From Chiloscyllium plagiosum (Eukaryota): a stretch of 57,960 bases of DNA. A program made the position numbers and the translations under genes. Below the pieces are notes generated by a model. The model did no database searches. It was not told where the DNA came from and saw only the letters and a list, made by a program, of their open reading frames with translations. The stretch lies in NCBI RefSeq assembly GCF_004010195.1, contig NC_057720.1:8813294-8871253 (forward strand), read 5' to 3'. Positions 1-11,462 of this stretch are shown one piece after another (positions within the stretch are counted from its first letter, which is position 1; the number at the start of each line of letters is the position of its first letter).

Positions 1-510
1 GACAGCGAGGACATAAAAATCAAGGCCAATGGCTCTGCAATCTCCTCCCTTGCTTCGCAGAGAATCCTAGGATAAATGCCATCAGGCCCAGGGGACTTAT
101 CTATTTTCACCTTTTCCAGGATTTCCAACACCTCTTCTCTACATACCTCAAAGCCATCCATTCTACTTATTTGTGACTCAGTATTCACATCGACGACAAT
201 GCCCTGTTCCTGAGTAAATACTGAAGAAAAGTATTCATTCAGTGTCTCCCCAATCTCTTCCGCCTCCACACGCAACTTCCCACTACTATCCTTGACTGGA
301 CCTATTCCTAGGAGAAAGTGAGGTCTGCAGACGCTGGAGATCAAAGCTGAAACTTTATTGCTGGAACAGCACAGCAGGTCAGGCAGCATCTAGGGACCTA
401 TTCCTACCCTAGTCATTCTTTTATTCCTAACATACCTATAGAAAGCCTTAGGGTTTTCCCTAATCCTACCGACTAAGGACCTTTCATGTCCCCTCCTTGC
501 TGCTCTTAGC
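1..510 (-). mobile_element. CR1-clade (HER1-type) LINE ORF2 fragment, interrupted by a PLE-A insertion at 311-393
   Basis: Minus strand translates to DKSPGPDGIYPRILCEAREEIAEPLALIFMSSL, the typical CR1 pre-RT segment. Confidence 0.85.
311..393 (-). mobile_element. Penelope-like family A terminal-repeat fragment
   Basis: Matches the 3' part of family A terminal repeats elsewhere; 13-bp TSD GGACCTATTCCTA at 298-310 and 394-406. Confidence 0.85.
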
Positions 511-982
511 TCTTTCGGGGTAGAAACATGGAAAGTAGGATCGAGAGTAGGCTATTCAGGCCCTTCAATACTGCTCCACCATTCAACGTGATAATGACGT
601 GTCATCCAACCCAGTACCCTCTGTCCACTTTCTCCCCAACTCTTTTGATCCCTTTAGCCCAAAGAACTGTATCTAACTCCTTCTTGAAAACATTCAATGT
701 TTTGACCTCGACTGCTTTCTGTGACAGAGAATTCTACCACCAATATCTGGGTGAAGAAACTTCTCATCTCAGTCTGAAATCTTTCACTCTTATCCCTAAA
801 CTGTGACCTCGGGTTCTGGGCTCTTCAGTCATTGGTAACATTCCTCCTGTACCTACCTTGTCAAACGCTGTGAGAAGTTTATACATTTCTGTGAACTCCC
901 CCCTCATTCCTCGAAGCTTCATTGAATATAGACCTGACTAATGCAGTCTCTCTCTTCATAAGTCAGTCCTATCATCCCTAGG

Positions 983-1119
983 GGCCATTCCTGATAAAGC
1001 ATTTTTGCCCAAAACATTGATTTTCCTGCTCCCCGGATGCTGCCTGAGCTGCTGTGCTTTTCCAGCACCACTCTAATCTAGACTCTGGTTTCCAGCATCT
1101 GCAGTCATTGTTTTTACCC
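983..1119 (+). mobile_element. PLE family A single terminal repeat with degenerate HHR
   Basis: CTGATAAAGCATTTTTGCCCAAAACATT...CATTGTTTTTACC; TSD ATCATCCC(T/A)AGG at 971-982 and 1120-1131. Confidence 0.8.
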
Positions 1120-1152
1120 ATCATCCCAAGGCTCAGTCTGGTAAACAATTAT

Positions 1153-1509
1153 GTAAAAACAATGACTGCAGATGCTGGAAACCAGATTTTGAATTAGTGG
1201 TGCTGGAAGAGCACAGCAGTTCAGGCAGTCTCCGAGGAGCAGCAAAATCGACGTTTCGGGCAAAAGCCCTTCCCAAAACGTCGATTTTGCTGCTCCTCGG
1301 AGGCTGCCTGAACTGCTGTGCTCTTCCAGCATCACTAATCCAAAATCTGGTTTCCAGCACCTGCAGTTTTTTTTAATACCTAGTTGATTTTTAACCCTAC
1401 TGCGAATCCTCTTGCAAGGATGCCTGCCTTGAAGAAGTTTTCCTCCTCTCTCTACAAGAATCTCAGGGAGTCCCTCTTTCACTGCAACTCCCAGGTCATT
1501 TCCTCTGCC
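1153..1509. mobile_element. PLE family A fold-back insertion including the probable ORF start
   Basis: Inverted arms ~1153-1272 and ~1273-1380; the + arm continues into MPALKKFSSSLYKNLRESLFHCNSQVISSAL; 15-bp TSD CTGGTAAACAATTAT at 1138-1152 and 1510-1524. Confidence 0.85.
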
Positions 1510-1535
1510 CTGGTAAACAATTATATCATTTCCTC

Positions 1536-1766
1536 TGAAATAACTCCAGAGGCCAGTATCCTGTTGCCAGGTCACCCTTTATTTATATGTGGAGAGCCCT
1601 TGACATTGATCCAGCTCCCTCAGGGCCAGCTCTCAGAGTGAACAGAACCTCTGACACTCCTGTTTATATCTGTCAGCTAAAGCTTCCTGATTTGAACAGA
1701 TTAACAGCCCCAATTAGGTAGCTCATCTATGAAGTCCACCTTTCTGATCTCATTATAATTACTACA
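1536..1766 (-). mobile_element. Solo LTR of an LTR retrotransposon (Gypsy-like, inferred)
   Basis: Minus strand TGTAGTAA...TTATTTCA (TG..CA ends, short imperfect inverted termini) with TATAAA followed by AATAAA; flanks TCCTC/CCCTC; interrupts a CR1 fragment. Confidence 0.65.
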
Positions 1767-2084
1767 CCCTCCATAGCCAGAACATCCTTCAACAGTAAGG
1801 AGAGCAAAATTATACTCTAGCTGTGGTCTCACCGAGGCCCTGTACAGTTGCAGCAAGACATCCCTGCTCCTGTACTCTAATACTTTCACTTTGAACACAG
1901 ATAGACTATTTGAATTCTTCAATGCCTGCTGCATTTACATGCTTGCTGAGGTTTTGGATGGGACTGTATAAATTCAATTATTGCCTTCTTGGTGTGCTGT
2001 GAACACAATGGACAAAGACGGAGCTGAGTAGAACCTGGTGCATGAATATTGGGTGCAAACTGAATGGCATGATGTAAGAGTGAT

Positions 2085-3085
2085 GGAGTCATAGAGTCAT
2101 ATAAGGAAACAGACCTTTCAGTCCAACTAGTCCATGCCTATCATAATCTCAAACTCAACTAGTCCCACATGCCTGCTCCTGGCGCATATCCCTCCAAACC
2201 TGCCATGTTCCTGTACTTATGCAAAACTTTTTTAAACGTTGTAACCTTACCCACATCCACCACTTCCTCTGGAAATTCATTCCACACGTGAATCACTCTG
2301 TGTGTAAAAAAAAATCCCTCATGTCTTTCTAAAATCTTTCTCTTCTCACCTTAAAAAATACCCCCCTAATCTTGAAATCCCCCACCCGAGGGAAAATACG
2401 CCTGCTGTTCAACTTCTCTATGCCCCTCATGATCTTATAAATCTGATCGATGAATAACCTCCTCAACCTCCTGTGCTCCAGTGAAAAAAGTCCCAGCCTA
2501 ACCTGCCTCCCTTTATAACTCACACCCTCCATTCCCGGCATACCCTTTTGTCCATCCCTCTGTGCTGATCAGATATCCTTCCCGCATCAGGGTGACCAGA
2601 GTTGTACAAAGTATTCAAAAAGTTCAAAGTCAAGCTGAGGTGAACCAAAACATTTGGGATGGTGAGGTTCTTGAGCATGTCAAGATTTATAAGATGAGTT
2701 ATTAGATGATTTAGAGTCATAGAAATGTGCGGCATGGAAACAGACACTTCGGTCCAACTCATCCATGTTGACAAGTTATCCTAACCTAATCTAGTCTGAT
2801 TTGCCAGCACTAGGCCAATATCCCTCTAAACCCTTCCTATTCATGTACCCACCCAGATGCCTTTTAAATGCTATAATTGTACCAGCCTCCACCACTTCCC
2901 TGGCAGCTCATTCCATAAACGCACCACCCTCTGCAAGAAAATGTTGCCCCTTAGGTCCCTTTTATATCCTTCCCCTCACACCCTGAACCTATACCCTCTA
3001 GTTCTAATCTGCCACCCCAGGGAAAAAAACCTTGTCTGTTTATCCTATCCATGTCCCTCATGATCTTATAAACCTCTATAAGGTC
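2085..3085 (-). mobile_element. Two CR1/HER1 LINE 3'-end fragments
   Basis: Minus strand LGLFSLEHRRLR...IYKIMRG...FKVRRERF and CR1 3'UTR tails. Confidence 0.8.
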
Positions 3086-4230
3086 TTAGCTGGCATAAAA
3101 GTGCATAAATATCCAGGGCCAGATGATGCTGCTATAGAAGGCAAGGGAGGAGATTGCTGGGGCCATTACTAGCCACAAGTGAAGTGCCAGATGACCGGAA
3201 GGTAGCTAATGTAATTCCTTTGTTCAAGAAGGGCAGCAGGGACAGAGAACCAGGGAATTGCAATTCAGATAGTTTGACAATTAGGCCTGTGGTAGGGGAA
3301 TGACTTGCGCAATGAGTGAAAGGTCTTGAGGTAGTACAAAGGAGCAAAGGAACCTTGGCATACAAGTCCATAGATTCCTGATGGTGTCAGAACAGGTAGC
3401 TAGGGTGGTGAAGAGGTGAAGCTGCTTGCTTTCACTATCCAGGGCATAGCATACAGAAACAGGAAAGTCTTGTCTTGTTCTTAGTTAGGCCACAGATGGA
3501 TTAATATGTGCAGGTCTCTTTGCCATTCTATCAGAAGAGTGTGATTGCATTAGAGAGGATGCAGAGGAGATTCAGCAGGATGTTACCTGAGATGAAAAAT
3601 CTCAGTTATGAGAAGAGACTGGATCGGCTGGGTTTGTTTCCCCTGGATGAAAGTGAGGACTGCAGATTCTGGAGATTGGAGTCGAGAGTGTAGTGCTGAA
3701 AAAGCACAGCAGGTCAGGCAGTATCTGAGGAGCAGAAGAGTCGATGTTACAGGCAAAAGCCCTGCCAAAACTTCAATTCTCCTGCTCTTCGGATGCTGCC
3801 TGACCTGTTGTGCTTTTCCAGCACAACACTCTTGACTCTTGTTTCCCCTGGAGCCTGACAAGAGATCTGATTGATGAATACAAAATTATGAGAGGCATAC
3901 ACAGAGTACATTGAGAATCTTTATCTGTAGCAGATAAAGAGCATAAGTTTAAGGTGAGGAATAAATGGTTTAGTGAAGATCTGAGAATTTGTTTTTCACC
4001 CAGAGTGTAGCAGAAACCATGGAACATGCTACCTGACAGAGTGGTGGAGGCAGATATTCTGGCAACATTTTAGAAGCAATTGGATGAGCACTTAAAATAC
4101 CAGGATATAGTCAGCTATGGACCATGTGCGGGTAAATGAGATTCGTGTGGTTGGTCATGTGAATGAAAGCTGGTTGGTCAGCAGAGACGTGGTGGGCTGA
4201 AAGGCCTGTTTCTATGCTGTAAGACTCTGT
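3085..4230 (+). mobile_element. Decayed CR1 LINE (RT-start and 3'-end pieces), interrupted by a PLE-A fold-back
   Basis: REEIAGPL..VANVIPLFKKGSR; LERMQRRFSRMLPEMKNLSYEKRLDRLGLF; tail GGGCTGAAAGGCCTGTTTCTATGCTGTA. Confidence 0.8.
3648..3838. mobile_element. PLE family A fold-back mini-element
   Basis: Inverted arms meeting at GGCAAAAGCCCT|GCCAAAAC (~3752-3770); 14-bp TSD TTGTTTCCCCTGGA at 3634-3647 and 3839-3852. Confidence 0.85.
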
Positions 4231-5509
4231 GACATCATAGGTTAACATCAGCCTTGTCATGGATGGGGTGGTCCCCAATGTCTTGTTCTGCAGCTTACCT
4301 CCTGGGACTAGGCTGCCGCCACCCCCACCCCCCTTACCGCAACACACACACACACTGGCTTCTTGAGTTCTTCCAGCTCCCTGCCCTTCTTATCCCACAC
4401 AATGCTCCTCCTGTCTCAGCCTCCACCTCCAAAAAATTGAACCATCTGCTGAATTTCTGGATTAATAGTCCAGTAATAATACCACTAGGCCATCGCCTCC
4501 CCTAATGCCAGTCCCTGTTTCAGCTTCTGCTTAGCTTAAGGCAGTGCGATGTTTCTGCCTGGGCTATCTATTTTGGCTTTCCCTCCTGCTTTTGAATGCA
4601 GCTGAATATGGGAGGACAGACAGAGACATACGTTAGCATTTAGTGGTGCGGGTGAGCAGAGACAGATGGCTAGCCTTTGGAAAACAGCAGCAATTTGTCA
4701 CGCACCCTGCACAACGCTGACATTTACGTGCAAAAGGAAGGACGACGATATGGCCTTTGAAAACTCTGAAGTCTTTAACAGATGCCACTGACCAGATGGG
4801 GCCCCGCAGTGCATGGTGCCCATCTCTCGCAGTGGTGAGGAGAAAGTTAATGGAATGCCACCTTTGTCCCAGGGTCTCCCTGCCCCATGGTATTAAAGGC
4901 AGGTTCGACTGATAAGAGAAAACGTTTTGTGCAGGTGGAAGGGTGCATATGTGAAGGCAGGGGAATGCTGCCTGGAGTACACATGGTGACAGATACTGAG
5001 TAAAGAAAGTTGTAGACAAGGTACAAGCAGTGCAGTGGGAGTGAAACAATATAGAGTAAAAGCCAATGCAATGATGAAAGGGGAGTACTTATAATCAGAG
5101 GAGGGAAGGATGAGAGCACTCGGGTTGCATGCAATTGACTAGAAACCGATCAAAGATGTGCCAAAAAAGATCAAGTGGTATAAGACGTGACTCTATTTTA
5201 TGTAGTGAGTGGTTTGGAACTGATAGTGATTAATCCAGAAGCTAACTGAATAAATATTTAGAGATTATAAAGTTACAAGGTTATGGGCAACATACAGGAC
5301 ACTCGTGATAACTGGATAGCAGATGAGTGATTGACTGAATGGACTCCTGCTAAAAGAGTCCATGATTTACCAGTTAGGAGGCTTACCTCTTTAACCTTTC
5401 TCAGATCATTAAACTTTCTTTGGCGATGCAGCCATCTCCTGCTACCTCTCTCCATTTGTGCTGAGATAGCGACCTACAGACTTTTGGATAGTACATCCCA
5501 CTCCACTGT

Positions 5510-5778
5510 TTAGGTTAGAGTGGTGCTGGAAAAGCACAGCAGGTCAGGCAGCATCCGAGGAGCAGGAAAACCAACTTTCAGGCAAAAGCCTTTCATCGGG
5601 AATGGAGGCAGGGAGCCTCCGGAGTGGAGAAATACTCCTGCCTCCATTCCTGATGAAGGGCTTTTGTCCAAAACGTCGATTTTCCTGCTCCTCGGATGCT
5701 GCCTGACCTGCTGTGCTTTTCCAGCACCACTCTAATCTAAACTCTGGTTTCCAGCATCTGCAGTCCTCACTTTTGCCC
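5510..5778. mobile_element. PLE family A fold-back mini-element with an HHR motif in each arm
   Basis: Inverted arms; + HHR CTGATGAAGGGCTTTTGTCCAAAACGTC at 5650-5677; 14-bp TSD TCCCACTCCACTGT at 5496-5509 and 5779-5792. Confidence 0.88.
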
Positions 5779-5929
5779 TCCCACTCCACTGTCCTCTTGC
5801 ACCAAAAGGGATCCGCTTCACCTGTTACTGCACTGAATCCTCGCGGATGGTTGCCTGTGGCCAAAATACACCTTCCCTTTAAGAGGGAGTGGGCTGCCTT
5901 TGAATAGATGTTGATGCTCTGGTCTAGAA

Positions 5930-6680
5930 AGCACATCATTGTCTCTACTTCCTCAGGAGGCTAAGGGAATTCAGCATGTCCCATGAAGACTCTTACCAAT
6001 TTTTGTTGATGTACCATAGAAAGCATTCTACCCAGATGCATCACAGTCTCAGGAAGGCAGTTAACATAATTAAAGACCCCTCCTACCCCGGTTAAAATCT
6101 CTTCCAACCTCTTGTGTCAGGTAGAAGATACAAAAGCTTAAACACACGTCACAACATGTGTTGCACCAAAAGGGATTCGCTTTTGTCTCAGGCGACTGAC
6201 TGTGTGGAGTTTGCACATTCCCCCCGTGTCTGCGTGGGTTTCCTCCGGGTGCTCCGGTTTCCTCCCACAGTCCAAAGATGTGCAGGTTAGGTGAATTGGC
6301 CATGCTAAATTGCCCATAGTGTTAGGTAAGGGGTAAATGTAGGGGTATGGGTGGGTTGCGCTTCGGTGGATCGGTGTGGACTTGTTGGGCCGAAGGGCCT
6401 GTTTCCACACTGTAATGTAATCTAATCTAATCTAAAACATATTCAAAAACAGCTTCTTCCACGCTGTTAATAGACTTGTGAATGGACCTCTCAAATTCTA
6501 AATTTAATGTTGATCTCAGTCTTTGTGCACCTTCTCTGCAGCTGTAACATTGTATTCCTCACCCTGTTCTATTACTGTGATACATTTTGTTGGTATGATC
6601 TCCTGTATTGCAAGCAAAACAAAATCTTTCACTGTATCTAGGTAGGTGTGAGAATAATAAATCAAATCAAATCAAATAGA
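5930..6680 (+). mobile_element. Rex1/Babar-like non-LTR retrotransposon 3' fragment with (AAATC)n tail, interrupted by an HE1 SINE
   Basis: Similar to 22435-23100 (CTIESIL..CIT, FKNSFF.AV.RL) with the same tail. Confidence 0.7.
6185..6435 (+). mobile_element. HE1-type V-SINE, 5'-truncated, young
   Basis: V-domain GTGGAGTTTGCACATTCCCCCGTGTCTGCGTGGGTTTCCTCCGGGTGCTCCGGTTTCC, CR1-like tail and (TAATC)n end. Confidence 0.88.
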
Positions 6681-7345
6681 GTCAGCAGCACACAGAATTG
6701 ACAGCCCTGATTAGGTGAATTGTCAAAAACAGACCATGGAGAGGCACAAACATTGATTCACGCAGTTTTCCAAAAAGGAGAGAGGCCATTTGGCTCATTG
6801 TGTTCAAACTGCTCATTAAACAGACAAATATTCTTGGCCCAGTTTCCATCACTTGGCCCATAGCCCTCCAAGCAATGGTGTTTCATGCGTTCACCTAAAT
6901 ACTTCCTAAATATCTCAAGGTTCCCTGCCTCCACTGCCTTTTTAGTCAGTGAGTTTCACCATTATGTGGGGGATAATGTTTTCCTTCAAATCCTCTGTAA
7001 ACCTCTGCTCCTCACCTGAAAATTTCACCTTTGGTTAATGACACCTCTGCTAAGGGGAAAAGTTTCTTCCAATCTACACCGGCTATTCCTCGCTAAATGT
7101 TGTTCAATCAGATCATCGCTCAGCCTCCACCGCTCGAAGGACAACAGTCTATCTAATCTCTATTTAATACTGAATCACAATAGTCCATGCAACTTTTTTT
7201 AATGCATTCACGGGATGAGAACATCACTGGCTAGGCCAGTATTTATTGCCCATCCCTAATTACCCAAAGGGTAGTTAAGAGTCAACCCCATTGTTGTGGG
7301 TTTGGAGTCACATGTAGGCCTGACCAGGTAGGAATGGCAGTTTCC

Positions 7346-8445
7346 CGGGTTAGTAATTTTGCAGATGACACTAAAGTCAGTGGAATGGTGGACATTGTGG
7401 AAGAGCATTACAGGTTGCAGGGAGACTTGGATAAACTGCAGAATTGGACTGAGAGGTTGCAAATGGAGTTCAATGCAGATAAACATGAGGTGGTTCACTT
7501 TGGGAAGAATAACAGGAAGGCAGAATACTGGGTCAATGGAAAGATTCTAGGTAGTGGGGATGTGAAGAGGGATCTTGGTGTCCATGTACATAGATCCCTA
7601 AACGTTGCCACCCAGGTTGATAGTGCTGTTAAGAAGGCATATGTGTGTTAGGTTTTATTGGTAGAGGGATTGAGTTCTGGAACTGTGATGTCATGCTGCA
7701 ACTGACAAAATGCTAGTGAGGCTGCACTTGGAATATTGTATACAATTCTGGTCGCTCCATTACAGGAAGGATGTGGAAGCATTGGAAAAGGTGCAGAGGA
7801 GATTTACCAGGATGTTGCCTGGTCTGGAGGGAAGGTCTTATGAGAAAAGGCTGAGAGACTTGGGTCTGTTCTCATTGGAATGAAGAAGTCTAAGAGGGGA
7901 TTTGATAGAGACATACAAGATAATAAGAGTTAAAAATCACACAACACCAGGTTACATATGTGCTATAAATTTATATTTGCTATAAATTCTGTGTCTTAAA
8001 ATGTGTCTTCCACAACCACCTGATGAAGGAGTGGCGCTCCAAAAGCTAGTGCTTCCAATTAAACCTGGTGTTGTGTGATTTTTAACTTTGAACACCCCAG
8101 TCCAACACTGGCATCTTCAAATCAAGATGATCAGAGGATTAGATAGGGTAGACAGTGAAAGTCTTTTTCCTAGGATGATGATGTCAGCTTATACGAGAGG
8201 CCATAGCTCCAAATTGGGGTGTAATAGATTTAAGATAGGCGTCAGAGGCAGATTCTTTACTCAGAGAGTGGTAAGGGCTTGGAATGCCCTGCCTGTCAAT
8301 GTAGTTAACTCAGCCACATTAGTGAGATCTAACCAAACCTTGGATAAGCATATGGATGATGATGGGATAGTGTAGGGGTATCGGCTTAGATTAGTTCACA
8401 GCTCGACGCAACATCAAAGGCCTAAGGGCCTGTTCTGCACTTTAT
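7346..8445 (+). mobile_element. CR1/HER1 LINE, RT C-terminus to 3' end
   Basis: VSNFADDTKVSG...LQGDLDKLQNW...MEFNADKHEVVHFG...RDLGVHVHRSL; FFTQRVVRAWNALP. Confidence 0.92.
7930..8122. mobile_element. PLE family B mini-element (short inverted arm plus terminal repeat with HHR)
   Basis: GTTAAAAATCACACAACACCAGGTT is the inverse of ~8061-8086; HHR CTGATGAAGGAGTGGCGCTCCAAAAGCTA at 8020-8048; TSD CAAGAT(A/G)AT(A/C)AGAG at 7916-7929 and 8123-8136. Confidence 0.85.
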
Positions 8446-8660
8446 TAGATTAGATTACCTACAGTATGGAAACAGGCCCTTTGGCCCAACAATTCCATAC
8501 TAACCCTCCCTCTACATTTACCCTAAACACTATGGATAATTTAGCAAGGCCAATTCACCTGACCTTCACATCTTTGGATTGTGGGAAGAAACCAGATGTA
8601 GGAATTGAACCCACGTCCCTGGTGCTGTGAGGCAGCAGTGCTAACCAATGAGACACCTGT
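8446..8660 (-). mobile_element. HE1-type SINE, internally deleted
   Basis: tRNA-like head and CR1-like tail on the minus strand. Confidence 0.75.
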
Positions 8661-9999
8661 TGCTCTGTGTTCCTTCCCTAAAGGACATTAGTGAACCAAA
8701 TTGGTTTTTTCCAACAATTAACATTGAATTCATGGACATCATTAGAATGTTAATTCCAGATTGTTATTGAATTCAAGTTCCACCATCTGCAGTGGCAGGA
8801 TTTGAACCCAGCTCCCCAGAACATTACCTAAGATTCTGGATTTAACAGTCCAATAATACCACTTGGGCATCGCCTTCCCCGCCATTGTGAATGTCTTCTG
8901 CACCATCTCTAGTGCAGTCATATCCTTCCTTTTGAGTGGTGACCGGAACTGCACACAGTATTCCAACTTTGACCTAAATATCTTTATAAACAGTTCCATC
9001 ATAACCTCCTTGCCAATTTTTATCACTCCACCATTGGCAGCTGATCTTCAGCCATCTCAGTCATAAGCTTAGGAATTCCATTACTGTATCTCCACCTCTC
9101 TCCTCTTTCAAGTAGCTATTTGAAACTCAACAACTCAAGTTGTTGATAATCAGTTCTATTATCTCTTTATGTGGCTTGGGTTTATTTTTCCTGACAATGC
9201 TCCCCCTGGGATATTTGATGATATCACTTTACAACCAAACTTTATGAAAGATGTAAAGACATTAGAGAAAATGCAGAAAAGTGTTATAGAAATGGTGCCA
9301 GGCATGAGGAAAATCAATGACTTGGATAGGATGGAGAAGCCCCGGCATTTCCTCTTGAAGAAAAGATGAAAAGATTTGAAAAAGGTGTTCAAAATCATTA
9401 GGGATCTGCCATGAATAAGACTAAAGGTTTATAGGAGCAGAATGAGGTCATTCAGCCCAACGGGCCTGATTCACCATTTGATCATGGATGATATGCTTCT
9501 CTGCACCATTCTCCTAACTCATAGAATGCACTTTTTGTGGGTGTGGAGGGACTGAATTTAACTGATGCTCTCAAGAGAGAATAGGAAAATTACCTGAAGG
9601 GGAAAGACTTTCTGGACGACAGAGGAAAGGTAAGGAAATGGAACTAGACGTGTTACTTTTGAAGACAGCCGGTATGGGCACGATGGGTTGAATGGTCTCA
9701 TTCTATGTTCTAACCATGAAATGAGGCTCAGTTTGGCTGAATGGCTGGCCTGCAACGACATCATCAGCAAAGATTAAATTCCCTCATTGACTGAGGCTAC
9801 CGTGACAGACTCACCTTCTGATGGATCACTGCCCCCTCACCTGATGACCCTCAGGTTGAATCAATACCAGTCACCTCTATCAAAGGAAAGAACAGCCCCA
9901 TAGTCCAGTAGGATTATGGTGAGTTCATCTTCACTGCACCAACATAGCATATTCCTGAGTCATGTACTTAACTGCTTCAATACATGCAAAAATACATGC

Positions 10000-10097
10000 C
10001 TCTGATGAATGCTCACTGGACTAGAAACATTAACTCTGCCTTCTCTTCACAGAAGCTGCCAAACCTGCTGAGTTTTTCCAGAAATTTCTGATTTTGC
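10000..10097 (+). mobile_element. PLE family C terminal repeat with degenerate HHR
   Basis: CTGATGAATGCTCACTGGACTAGAAACATTAACTCTG...GCTGCCAAACCTGCTGAG. Confidence 0.65.
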
Positions 10098-10399
10098 TTA
10101 TATTATTGAAATACATTTAATATAAATGCTCTTAAAGTCGTATTCGAATGGAAGTCCTCGATGAATACAAAGCTGCAATAAAATGGACAATCTTTATAGC
10201 AACTCCACAATTAGTTGTTTGGTACAGCAAAACTTGCATTTTATTTTTTTGAGAAAAGATCACATTTTGTTGAATCTTTTTGCCATGGAGAATGCACCCA
10301 TTCGTGTTGATTGACAGTTGACAGCCAAGTTTGGTTTAAATGTTAAACCAAGTAAGATAAGCAGCCAATGAGTACAATCCAGAAAGTCATTTTATAGCT

Positions 10400-10740
10400 T
10401 GACAGTTGTGTACTGGTAATGACAATCATCATTTAATCTGTTAATCCAGAGACCCAGATAAAGTTCTAGGTTCAAATCCTGCCATGGTAGATGGTTAAAT
10501 TTGATTTTTTTTAAAAATCTGGAATTAAGTGTCTAATAATGATGATTGTAGAAAAACACATCTGGTTCACTAATGTCCTTTATTGAAGTAAACAGCCATT
10601 CATACCTAGTCTGGCATACTCCAGACCCACAGCAATGTGGCTGAATCTTAACTGCCCTCTGGGCAATTAGGGATGGGCAATAAATGCTGACCTAGCCAGC
10701 GACACTCTCATTCCACCAATGAATAAAGAAGAAAAAAATT
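10400..10740 (+). mobile_element. tRNA-derived SINE family 2
   Basis: Box B-like GGTTCAAATCC; tail GGGCAATTAGGGATGGGCAATAAATGC...GAATAAA shared with the LINE at 42815-43260. Confidence 0.8.
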
Positions 10741-11264
10741 GTGTTGCTACTCTTTAGTAAGTAACAGTGTGAAACAGCTAGCTTGAAACTTTTAAAACAT
10801 CTTACCCTTCCAGGATAGTCTACCTATCACACAAATTAATAATGTTGGTGTGTGGAATATACTAGTGTGATAGTAGGTATGCAGCTGTATTTCCCAAAGA
10901 CTTATAGACAATGTCATAACCACAGGAGATTGTGGTAATGTCACTGAAGTGGCAATACCAAACTCTAGGTTAATGTTTTGGGTTCAAATCCCACCATGGC
11001 AGATGGGGATATCTGAAATGTGATTAATACTTCACTACCCCTATTGGACAATGCAAAGTCTAAAATTAGATGCGATTCTGCAATTGGACAATATTTGCAG
11101 AATGATCCCACGTGTGCCAGGAATTATGCCGATGAAATCCAATTTTGGATTGTCCCTTGGCTCATCACAGTACCAAGCATTTGTGTGTACTGGGAACTAA
11201 TTATATTAACAGCCAGGAAGGACCTGCTCACTACAAACAGAAAGAACATGCACTTGTACTACAA

Positions 11265-11462
11265 CAAAAACTGAAATTGCGAGAAAAGCTCAGCAGATCT
11301 GACAGCATCTTTGAAGAGAAATCAGAATTAACCCTATTCTGAGGAAGGGTCACTGGACCCGAAATGTTAACTCTCATTTCTCTCCACAGATGCTGCCAGA
11401 CGTGTTGAGCTTTTCTAGTGATTTCTGTTTCTCTTTCTGATTTACAGCATCCACAGTTCTTT
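11265..11462. mobile_element. PLE family C fold-back mini-element
   Basis: Arm AAAAGCTCAGCAGATCTGACAGCATCT is inverse to AGATGCTGCCAGACGTGTTGAGCTTTT; HHR at the junction. Confidence 0.8.
11339..11368 (+). ncRNA. Minimal hammerhead ribozyme motif (family C)
   Basis: CTGAGGA-A-GGGTC-ACTG-GACCC-GAAA-TG-TT. Confidence 0.7.

Larger units (their letters stand above)
522..1950 (-). mobile_element. Decayed CR1 LINE 3' end hosting three later insertions (983-1119, 1153-1509, 1536-1766)
   Basis: Minus strand reads VLLQLYRASVRPQLEY plus CR1 3'UTR-like sequence; host sequence resumes across the TSDs. Confidence 0.75.
7196..8880 (-). mobile_element. SINE family 2 copy split (7196-7345 and ~8670-8880) by a CR1 insertion
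   Basis: GGCAGTTTCC|...|TTCCTTCCCTAAAGGACATTAGTGAACC rejoins as in the intact copies at 10400-10740 and 25605-25960. Confidence 0.7.

Noticed and set aside
10800..10835. Possible minus-strand micro-exons at strong GTAAG donors (also ~54399-54459 and ~32351-32394)
   Set aside because: Weak acceptors and unrecognised peptides; indistinguishable from chance without RNA-seq
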